Below the pieces are notes generated by a model. The model was not told where the DNA came from and ran no database searches. It worked only from the letters and a program-made list of their open reading frames with translations. A program made the position numbers and the translations under genes. Source: an uncultured Candidatus Saccharibacteria bacterium (GTDB taxonomy: Bacteria > Patescibacteriota > Minisyncoccia > Phycocordibacterales > UBA9973). Taken from it: a DNA stretch of 64,000 nt. Location of the stretch: positions 2,815 to 66,814 of the forward strand of contig CAZYIA010000003.1 in NCBI GenBank assembly GCA_964646765.1, in the 5' to 3' direction. Positions 17,684-25,180 of the stretch are shown piece by piece (the stretch's first letter is position 1; every line of letters begins with the position of its first letter).

Positions 17684-17935
17684 GTGTGTGATGACTACAG
17701 CTATGTTTCGCGAGCACGCGAAACCGCGAGGGGCGGGCTGCGAAAATTTCGAGCGACTGGCGAGAAATTATTTGTAGCCACACTAACTGATACGGGATCA
17801 CCTGGTCATGAATCAAGTAAATTAGGACCAAAGACAAAAGCAGCCCTGATTAAGTTCCAAAAGGCTCACGGTATTCTTCCAGCGACCGGAAGATTTGGGC
17901 CAAGAACAAGAGCTTACTTCAATCAGCATCCATAG
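17684..17935 (+). CDS. Possible small ORF/gene remnant with a peptidoglycan-binding-domain-like C-terminus (GTG start; no signal peptide)
   Basis: The 3' portion of track ORF 17525..17935 downstream of the tRNA encodes ..LGPKTKAALIKFQKAHGILPATGRFGPRTRAYFN, a PG_binding_1-type motif also present at the C-terminus of CDS 42822..45614. There is no ATG; a GTG lies at about 17684. Confidence 0.25.
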   Translation: MCDDYSYVSRARETARGGLRKFRATGEKLFVATLTDTGSPGHESSKLGPKTKAALIKFQKAHGILPATGRFGPRTRAYFNQHP

Positions 17936-18021
17936 TAGAAGATTTAAAAAAACCGCTTTTCGCGGGTTTTTTAAATCCGATTGTTTTTTAAGTATGTGTT
18001 GTTACACTGTCTGTATAGTTT

Positions 18022-18693
18022 ATGAAGTTTATTGATCTTACGCATACTCTCTCAAGCGATACTGTTTCCTGGGATGGCGATTGCGGATTTACTCTCACTA
18101 ATCAGGTTGATTACCAAGATTGCGTGTCACCAGATCTGTTTCGAGTCCAAAAAATAGAAACCCGAGCAGGAATGGGTACGCATATGGATGCTCCAGCACA
18201 CTGTATCTCTGGTGGAAAAACAATCGAAGCACTCGAACTTTCTGATTTGATAACCGATTGCGTGGTTATTGACGTTTCGAATGAAGCTGACGAAAATTTT
18301 TTGGTTACGCCGGAGGTAATAGAAAGCTTTGAAAAAGAATATGGAAAAATCCCCGAGCGTGCCTTCGTGATTTTTTATACCGGCTGGAGTAATTATTGGG
18401 ATGATAAAGAAAAGTATCGCAATAATCTACAGTTTCCTTCGGTTTCTGAAGAAACAGCAAAAGTATTACTTAAACGAAATATTGCAGGACTCGGTATTGA
18501 TACGCTCTCAGCTGACACAGGCAAAAATGGTTTTCCGGTACACCGATCAATTTTGGGCGCAGGGAAGTATCTGGTTGAAAACATTGCTAATGCAAGTGAG
18601 CTTCCACCAACTGGCTCAAAAATTTGCGTGTTGCCGATAAAAATTAAAGAGGGAACTGAGGCGCCTATTCGGTTAATCGCCCTTGTTGGGTAA
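18022..18693 (+). CDS. Cyclase-family protein (kynurenine formamidase-like metal-dependent hydrolase)
   Basis: HMDAPAH motif and the overall pattern (FIDLTHTLS...GIDTLSAD) match the putative cyclase / arylformamidase family. Confidence 0.6.
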   Translation: MKFIDLTHTLSSDTVSWDGDCGFTLTNQVDYQDCVSPDLFRVQKIETRAGMGTHMDAPAHCISGGKTIEALELSDLITDCVVIDVSNEADENFLVTPEVIESFEKEYGKIPERAFVIFYTGWSNYWDDKEKYRNNLQFPSVSEETAKVLLKRNIAGLGIDTLSADTGKNGFPVHRSILGAGKYLVENIANASELPPTGSKICVLPIKIKEGTEAPIRLIALVG

Positions 18694-18766
18694 GCTGAAA
18701 TTTTACTTTTCAACAAATAAATGTTATTGTGTCAAGTATCTACTAGCCCTAGCAATAAGAGTTTTC

Positions 18767-19294
18767 ATGAAAGATTTTAAGAAATCGAACGGATTTGGTA
18801 ATAGAGACCGTGGGGGAAATCGTTTCCCGAAGCGTGATTTTGGAGGCCGCCCAAGTTTTGGTGGACGCAATGATCGTGGCGGAGATTCTCGCCGACCAGA
18901 TATGCACCAGGCAACATGTGCTAACTGTAATAAACAGTGCCAAGTGCCATTTCGTCCAAACGGGGAAAAGCCAGTGTACTGTAATGACTGTTTTGGAAAT
19001 GTACGCGGTGATTCAAAGCCAAACTTTGAAAAGCGAGGTTTTAACGATCGCGGAGATCGTGGTAATCGTGAGAACTCATTTTCAAAACCTCAAAGTGAAC
19101 ATCGCGACACTCGCATCGATGACTTGAAGCGCGAAATTACTGCGATGAATATAAAACTCGATCGCGTCATGGAAATGTTGAAAGAAAGTACTGCAAAGGT
19201 TTCTATTCAATCCGAAACAAAAAAGTCAGCTAAGAAAGCAGAAAAAACTAAAACGATAGTAGTAAAGAAAAAGCCTGCTTCAAAAAAGAAATAA
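18767..19294 (+). CDS. R/G-rich, K-tailed zinc-ribbon protein (CxxC..CxxC), hypothetical
   Basis: ATG at 18767 (MKDFKK). RG/RGG-rich N-region, then CANCNKQCQVPFRPNGEKPVYCNDCF, then a lysine-rich C-terminus, suggesting nucleic-acid binding. Confidence 0.55.
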   Translation: MKDFKKSNGFGNRDRGGNRFPKRDFGGRPSFGGRNDRGGDSRRPDMHQATCANCNKQCQVPFRPNGEKPVYCNDCFGNVRGDSKPNFEKRGFNDRGDRGNRENSFSKPQSEHRDTRIDDLKREITAMNIKLDRVMEMLKESTAKVSIQSETKKSAKKAEKTKTIVVKKKPASKKK

Positions 19295-19302
19295 GGAACT
19301 AT

Positions 19303-19335
19303 AAAACCACCCAGCTCTGTACTGGGTGGTTTTCG
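19303..19335. terminator. Bidirectional rho-independent terminator between convergent genes
   Basis: aaaaccacccag-ctctgta-ctgggtggtttt. Confidence 0.7.
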
Positions 19336-19344
19336 TTTAGTTAC

Positions 19345-20586
19345 TTAGTGCATACTCGGCATGTTTTCAGTAGGGGAAGTCGGTGTAACTGCACTAAAAA
19401 TGTCGGGTTGCGGATCACCAGTTACTTCAAGCACAGCCCAGGCACCTTTATTCATGCGGGCGAGGGCGTGATCAACCAAAAGATATTTGCCGGGAACGTT
19501 TACGGTAAACTCAACGATACTTGCGCCACCAGGGAGCACAGCTGTCGTTTGCACATTGTGTTCTACGGCACCACCAATATTTGCTTCCGGATACACCGTG
19601 TCAAAAATTTCGCCAATAATGTGGAATGAAGAAATGAGATTCACTCCGCCGTTACCAACATACATGCGGATTTTATCGCCTACTTTGGCGTGCATGCGTG
19701 GAGCACTTTCGATTTTACCGTTAAAGGTTACATAGTTTGGATGACCATCAAGAAGGGCTTGCGAATCAAAGGCTACCAACCCTTTTTTACCCAGCTGACC
19801 TTTGGTGTAGAGTTCACCCTGCATGACATAAAATTCCTTATCTACTTTTGGTAGTCCATTTTCTGGTTCAACCAAAATCATGCCGTACTGTCCGTGTGAG
19901 TTATGGGTTGAAACGTTTGGCATCGCGCAGTGGTAGACATAGAGTCCTGGGTTGAGTGCTTTCCAGCGGAAGGTTTTTGTTTCGCCAGGCATAACTTCGG
20001 TAAGGGACGCGCCACCACCTTGGCCGGTAACAGCATGAAGATCAATGTTATGATGGTGAAGATTTTCTGGAGCGTTGGTGAGTGTAAGCTCAATAGTGTC
20101 ACCTTCACGAACATGGAGCATTGGCCCCGGCACCTGTTTATCGAAGGTCCAGTAGTTGTAGTAAATACCAGGAGCAACTTCAGCAATAACTTCCTTAACG
20201 GTTAGTTCTATATGCACAACACCATCTTTGTCGGGGGTAGCAAGCGGTGGAACAGCATTTGGATCAGCGCCAATGTCAGCTACACGTTCAAACTTATGTT
20301 CGTATAAAAAGAAATCGAGAATTTTAGAGAAGGGGATAGAAGGAGGAACGCCACCAGGTGCATGAGAGTGCATAAAAGCCGGCATAGCAAAATCTGGGGG
20401 ATAGGTTTCGTGTGAGAACCAACCGGCGAAAAACGCGATGACAAAAAGTATGAGGGGAATAAGGACTGCTCGATAGGTAAAGAATCGCAAAAAGTGCGTA
20501 TGGCGCTCAAGCTGAATGAGAATAAATATAATGGCAATAGCTCCAACTACAGCCGAGAATAATTCAAGGAGAAGATAGGTAAGCAT
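19345..20586 (-). CDS. Copper-containing nitrite reductase (NirK)-type multicopper oxidase, membrane-anchored
   Basis: HHHNIDLHAVTGQGGG and YVYHCAMP...HNSHGQYGMILVEP match the NirK type-1/type-2 Cu ligand motifs (HNIDFHAATG; YVYHCAP..M). The N-terminus has two TM helices. Confidence 0.7.
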   Translation of the reverse strand: MLTYLLLELFSAVVGAIAIIFILIQLERHTHFLRFFTYRAVLIPLILFVIAFFAGWFSHETYPPDFAMPAFMHSHAPGGVPPSIPFSKILDFFLYEHKFERVADIGADPNAVPPLATPDKDGVVHIELTVKEVIAEVAPGIYYNYWTFDKQVPGPMLHVREGDTIELTLTNAPENLHHHNIDLHAVTGQGGGASLTEVMPGETKTFRWKALNPGLYVYHCAMPNVSTHNSHGQYGMILVEPENGLPKVDKEFYVMQGELYTKGQLGKKGLVAFDSQALLDGHPNYVTFNGKIESAPRMHAKVGDKIRMYVGNGGVNLISSFHIIGEIFDTVYPEANIGGAVEHNVQTTAVLPGGASIVEFTVNVPGKYLLVDHALARMNKGAWAVLEVTGDPQPDIFSAVTPTSPTENMPSMH

Positions 20587-20590
20587 ATAA

Positions 20591-21136
20591 CTATGAACTT
20601 ATGAATAAGGTACCTGGTTGCCAAAAAGTTCCGAGATGCTTGAGGACAATACGATCAAAGCCAATGTAGCCGGCAGTTTTCCAAGCTAGGACAAGAAAAA
20701 TTTCAATAACAAACATGACGGGGTTAAGTGAAACCGCTCCAGCAAGCAGAAAATTTAAATTCATAAAAAGACCAAAGCCAGCGGCGATGCCAGTGAAGAT
20801 TCCTAGAATAAGGGCGATTCCAATAAGAACTTCTCCATAGGCTACAAGATGTGACCAGAGAGCGGGGTGAGATAGGACAACCGTTTTTAAAAAAGTTGCA
20901 TACCAACCTTGTACATCAGGATGGGCACCCTGGGTTTTTTCAAGAGCACCTTGAACAAACCCCGAAAGAGCTTTTCCGGCGTCACTTCCCACCCATGCAG
21001 GGTTTGAAATTTTATTCCACCCCGCCATAATCCACTCGTATCCGACATACAGGCGAGCCAAAAACCATACCCAGGCAACTTTTGTGTTACCAAATAAAAA
21101 CTTTGCGATCGGCGCATCATCAAATTCTATATACAT
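20591..21136 (-). CDS. DoxX-family membrane protein
   Basis: Four TM helices. The N-region KVAWVWFLARLYVGYEWIMAGWNKI is typical of DoxX. It lies immediately downstream (minus strand) of the NirK-like gene. Confidence 0.6.
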   Translation of the reverse strand: MYIEFDDAPIAKFLFGNTKVAWVWFLARLYVGYEWIMAGWNKISNPAWVGSDAGKALSGFVQGALEKTQGAHPDVQGWYATFLKTVVLSHPALWSHLVAYGEVLIGIALILGIFTGIAAGFGLFMNLNFLLAGAVSLNPVMFVIEIFLVLAWKTAGYIGFDRIVLKHLGTFWQPGTLFISS

Positions 21137-21258
21137 AGTAGTTCTAAGGTTAGTATACCTAATAAATTGACACTATGAGGTAAGGATTTCCAAAACTATA
21201 GTTAGAGTTATCCACTGTTGCCTCAGCTTATTGCCGGGCGTATACTCTTAACCCAACT

Positions 21259-21278
21259 AGTTTCGAAGTTTCGAAACT
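21259..21278. promoter_or_regulatory. Candidate operator palindrome upstream of the membrane protein-nrdJ-pduO operon
   Basis: agtttcgaa-gt-ttcgaaact, perfect 9-bp inverted repeat arms, about 60 nt upstream of ATG 21339. Confidence 0.3.
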
Positions 21279-21338
21279 ATGCAAATAGTATAGCAGCCTT
21301 TCCTTAGTCGGGAAAGGGATAAGCAAAGAGTTGCCACT

Positions 21339-21878
21339 ATGGAAACGTATCGTACAAATTGGTTCAAGTTCATTCTTGGATTCGTGGTCTGTCTTCTTAT
21401 TCGTCTTATCCCGTTCCGACCGCCAAATATTGAGCCGCTCCTGGCAACTCAAATGCCGTTTTCAAAAGCGTATGGCGGCTTTGCTGGGTTTACTTTCGCC
21501 TTCCTTTCGATTGTGCTCTTTGATCTTATCAGCGGAAAGGTTGGCATCTGGACATTTATTACCGCAATCGCCTACGGCCTATTAGGGCTCTGGGCAGGGA
21601 AGTATTTTCAGTATCGGAGTAATAAGCCACTCCAGTATGTTGGCTTTGCCGTTATTGCCACGATTATCTACGATGCGGTTACGGGTCTATCGGTTGGACC
21701 ACTCTTTTTTCACCAGCCTTTCATGGAGGCACTTATCGGCCAAATACCGTTTACCGGCATGCACCTCTTAGGCAATATTCTTTTTGCAGCTGTCCTTTCA
21801 CCACTTCTTTATACCTACGTAATAACGAACGAACGGTTCGAGAGTGGACGATTATTTGCTTTTAAACCAAGCGTATGA
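21339..21878 (+). CDS. Small polytopic membrane protein, possibly an ECF-type vitamin transporter S-component (candidate cobalamin uptake)
   Basis: 179 aa, five or six TM helices. It overlaps the nrdJ start by 4 nt (operonic). The S-component assignment is inference from size, topology and B12 context. Confidence 0.3.
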   Translation: METYRTNWFKFILGFVVCLLIRLIPFRPPNIEPLLATQMPFSKAYGGFAGFTFAFLSIVLFDLISGKVGIWTFITAIAYGLLGLWAGKYFQYRSNKPLQYVGFAVIATIIYDAVTGLSVGPLFFHQPFMEALIGQIPFTGMHLLGNILFAAVLSPLLYTYVITNERFESGRLFAFKPSV

Positions 21879-24148
21879 GGACAACTCAAAAAAATACCGA
21901 AATCTTAAAAACTCAAAAACGAAATGGTACATTGGTGCCATTTGATCTAGCCAGAATCACTCGAGCCATTATTCGAGCGATGGAAGCTACTGGTGAGGGC
22001 GGTGAAGAAGAAGCAAAAAAAGTTACCAGTGAGGTACTTGCTTCACTTATCAAATTAAAAAATGAGCGTCGTGAAAAACATTCAGTGCCGCATGTTGAAA
22101 CTATCCAAGATGTTGTTGAAAATGAACTGATTGCTCTTGGATTTATTCAAACAGCCAAGGCGTATATTTTGTATCGCAACGAGCGTGCGCGTGTTCGAAA
22201 AGAACGTGGTGACGTGCCAGAGCGCGTACGAGAACTGACTCTTGAGAGTAAGAAGTATTTTCGTAACCCTCTTGCAGAGTTTGTATATTATCGCACTTAC
22301 GCACGCTGGATTCCCGAAGAAGCTCGTCGGGAAACCTGGATTGAAACAGTTGATCGCTATATCAATTTCATGAAAGAAAATATCGGCGTTGGATTTACTG
22401 ATGGAGAGTACGCAGAAATACGTCAAACAATTTTAAAACAAGAAGCGATGCCTTCAATGCGGCTTCTTCAGTTTGCTGGACGTGCTGCTCGCCGCACGAA
22501 TGTCTGTGCTTACAACTGTTCATTTATTGCCCCCAAAACATTTCAGGATTTTGCTGAGATTATGTACATCTCAATGTGTGGCACCGGTGTTGGATTTTCA
22601 GTTGAAAGCGAAAATATTCAAGCGCTACCCCAAATTCAGAAGCAAACCGGAACACTGTTGCCGCGCTACATTGTTCCCGACACCAAAGAAGGCTGGGCAG
22701 ATGCATTGGCCTTTGGTTTAGAAACTTGGTTTTCTGGTTCTGACGTCGAGTTTGATTACTCGTTTATTCGGCCAGCCGGCTCTCGTCTAAAAACGATGGG
22801 GGGAAAGAGTTCTGGCCCGGAACCGCTTCGCTCACTTTTAACCTTTGCTCGTGAGCGTATTTTGCGACGACAAGGACGACGATTATCAAACCTCGATGCC
22901 CACGACATTATCTGCAAAATCGGTGAGTGCGTGGTGGCTGGTGGGGTGCGTCGTAGCGCAATGATTTCTCTCTCTGATCTCGATGATGAAGCAATTCGTG
23001 ACTCAAAGAAAGGTCAGTTCTATATAAATGAAGCACAGCGCATGCTCGCGAATAACTCGGCAGTGTACAACACAAAACCAAGCGCGGCTGAATTTTTGGA
23101 TGAATGGACAGCCCTCGTAAAATCGGGTAGTGGTGAGCGCGGTATTTTTAATCGAGGAAGTTTACCAAAAACGTTGCCGAAGCGCAGGCTTTCACAGTGG
23201 AGTGACGCGCTACCTTCATTTGGCACCAATCCGTGTGGAGAAATTATTTTACAGTCAAAACAGTTCTGTAATTTAACCGAAGTTATTGCTCGAGCCGAAG
23301 ATACCGAAGAAACACTTATTCGAAAAGTGCGAGTAGCCACCATGCTCGGCACCTATCAATCAGTGCTCACGTACTTTCCTTACCTTTCTCGTGAATGGAA
23401 AAAGAATTGTGAAAAAGAACGATTACTCGGAGTCTCAATTACTGGCCAGTGGGACTGTGCTCTTGCCCGTGATCCGAAAATGCTCGAAAAATTGAAAGCA
23501 GTAGCAATTGAAACAAACAAAAAATACGCTAAGCGATTTGGTGTTAATCAATCAACCTGCATTACCTGTGTAAAACCATCAGGCACTGTTTCGCAAACTG
23601 TAGATTGTGCTTCAGGTATGCATCCGCGACATGCCCCGTACTATATTCGTCGCATTCGTATTTCGGCAACTGACGCTCTATTTAAGATGCTGAAAGATCA
23701 GGGGGTACCGTACCATCCTGAAGTTGGCCAAGCACTCGGGACAGCGAGTACCTATGTTTTAGAATTTCCAGTGCAAGCACCCAAAGGAGCACTCTGTAAA
23801 GATGATATTTCTGCTATTACTCAGCTCGAGCATTGGAAGGTGGTGAAGGAACACTACACCGAACATAATCCATCGGTCACTATTTCAGTGGGGGAAGATG
23901 AATGGATTAAAGTAGGTAATTGGGTGTATGAAAACTGGGATCTTGTTGGTGGCCTTTCATTTTTACCGCGCTCAAACCACGTCTATCAATTAGCACCGTA
24001 TGAAGCGATTACCAAAGAGCGTTACGAAGAACTGCTTGAAAAAGTGCGACATATCGATTTTTCAAAAATTGTAACGTACGAGGCCGAAGATGAAACCGAA
24101 GTTAAACGCGAGCTTGCCTGCGCCGGTGGCGTGTGCGAAATCGCCTAA
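21875..24148 (+). CDS. nrdJ: Adenosylcobalamin-dependent (class II) ribonucleotide reductase NrdJ with an N-terminal ATP-cone
   Basis: 757 aa. ATP-cone-like N-terminus (KRNGTLVPFDLARITRAI) and active-site region NPCGEIILQSKQFCNLTEV typical of class II RNR. Confidence 0.8.
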   Translation: MRTTQKNTEILKTQKRNGTLVPFDLARITRAIIRAMEATGEGGEEEAKKVTSEVLASLIKLKNERREKHSVPHVETIQDVVENELIALGFIQTAKAYILYRNERARVRKERGDVPERVRELTLESKKYFRNPLAEFVYYRTYARWIPEEARRETWIETVDRYINFMKENIGVGFTDGEYAEIRQTILKQEAMPSMRLLQFAGRAARRTNVCAYNCSFIAPKTFQDFAEIMYISMCGTGVGFSVESENIQALPQIQKQTGTLLPRYIVPDTKEGWADALAFGLETWFSGSDVEFDYSFIRPAGSRLKTMGGKSSGPEPLRSLLTFARERILRRQGRRLSNLDAHDIICKIGECVVAGGVRRSAMISLSDLDDEAIRDSKKGQFYINEAQRMLANNSAVYNTKPSAAEFLDEWTALVKSGSGERGIFNRGSLPKTLPKRRLSQWSDALPSFGTNPCGEIILQSKQFCNLTEVIARAEDTEETLIRKVRVATMLGTYQSVLTYFPYLSREWKKNCEKERLLGVSITGQWDCALARDPKMLEKLKAVAIETNKKYAKRFGVNQSTCITCVKPSGTVSQTVDCASGMHPRHAPYYIRRIRISATDALFKMLKDQGVPYHPEVGQALGTASTYVLEFPVQAPKGALCKDDISAITQLEHWKVVKEHYTEHNPSVTISVGEDEWIKVGNWVYENWDLVGGLSFLPRSNHVYQLAPYEAITKERYEELLEKVRHIDFSKIVTYEAEDETEVKRELACAGGVCEIA

Positions 24149-24152
24149 GTAT

Positions 24153-24725
24153 ATGCTCTACACACGAAAAGGAGATGGTGGTACGACAAAACTTTTTACC
24201 ACGCCGCAGGGTGTGCGGATAGGGAAGGATTCAAAAATCTTTGAGGCGCTTGGCACTGTAGATGAACTCAATGCTTCGCTTGGATATGCTAAGGCGCTTT
24301 GTCGAAATGAACAGCTCACGGTACTCATTGGATTACAGCGTATGCCGTATGAGAAAGTGCTTACTGAACTTCAAAATACACTCTTCACTATCCAGGCGGA
24401 GATCGCTGGGTCAGATATGCATCCAACAGTGCATACGATAGAGTACGTTGAAAATATTATTTTTCAAATCGAGACACTCCTTCCACCAGTTCAATCATTT
24501 GTAGTTCCCGGGGGAACCCTAGCCGCAAGCTATCTTGATATTTGCCGGACCATTGCGCGAAGAGCTGAGCGACTTCTTGTGACAGTATCTCTTGGGAAAT
24601 ACTGTGAAGTATCGCCAGAAACACTTCAATTTATGAACCGACTCTCGAGTGTCCTCTACGCGTTAGCTCGCTTTGGTAACTATACTGGAGGCATAAGTGA
24701 AGACCCTCCTCACTACCATACTTAA
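24153..24725 (+). CDS. PduO-type ATP:cob(I)alamin adenosyltransferase
   Basis: ATG at 24153, 5 nt after the nrdJ stop. MLYTRKGDGGTTKLF...FEALGTVDELNASLGYA matches the PduO/MMAB N-terminal signature. Confidence 0.75.
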   Translation: MLYTRKGDGGTTKLFTTPQGVRIGKDSKIFEALGTVDELNASLGYAKALCRNEQLTVLIGLQRMPYEKVLTELQNTLFTIQAEIAGSDMHPTVHTIEYVENIIFQIETLLPPVQSFVVPGGTLAASYLDICRTIARRAERLLVTVSLGKYCEVSPETLQFMNRLSSVLYALARFGNYTGGISEDPPHYHT

Positions 24726-24733
24726 TTACCTAC

Positions 24734-25180
24734 ATGAGATCACTTTTTCGTACATCAGTATGGTTCTTCGGTGTCACCAGTATTGTGATTATTGGCTTAC
24801 TGTATTTGGTCGGCATCCAAAATGTTTCAGCGACTGCTTCAGAAAAAACGACTATCGCTGTGCCAATAGTTTTACAGCAACAGACTCTTTCAAAGAAATT
24901 AGCCTCTATTACTCTCATTGCAGGGAATACAAATATTGTAATCCCTTTACCCTCTAAGGCTACGCTCTATGAAACCTTACGTATCGCGCAAAAGGCAGGG
25001 ATGCTCCAATTTTCCGGGCGAATGTATCCAGGCTTAGGCTTCTTTATTACTGCTATTGGCTCATTACATGAAGAACATGGTCGGCACCTCTTCTATTATA
25101 AGAACGGTATTCCTGCCACGGTTGGTATTTCTTCATATGTCCCACATAACGGAGATCTCATAACATGGCAACTAAAGTAG
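24734..25180 (+). CDS. DUF4430-domain protein (transcobalamin beta-domain-like, putative B12-binding), membrane-anchored
   Basis: N-terminal TM, then the DUF4430 signature ..LFYYKNGIPATVGISSYVPHNGDLITWQL (W.Y..NG...G....L.DGD.I.W). Confidence 0.55.
   Translation: MRSLFRTSVWFFGVTSIVIIGLLYLVGIQNVSATASEKTTIAVPIVLQQQTLSKKLASITLIAGNTNIVIPLPSKATLYETLRIAQKAGMLQFSGRMYPGLGFFITAIGSLHEEHGRHLFYYKNGIPATVGISSYVPHNGDLITWQLK

Noticed and set aside
21137-21338. Cobalamin riboswitch upstream of the membrane-protein/nrdJ/pduO operon
   Set aside because: Only fragments were seen (GGGAAAGGGA; GCCACT just before the ATG). No convincing B12 box (AGYCMGgAGaCCkGCC) or full stem architecture was found by eye. An Infernal scan is needed before calling it.
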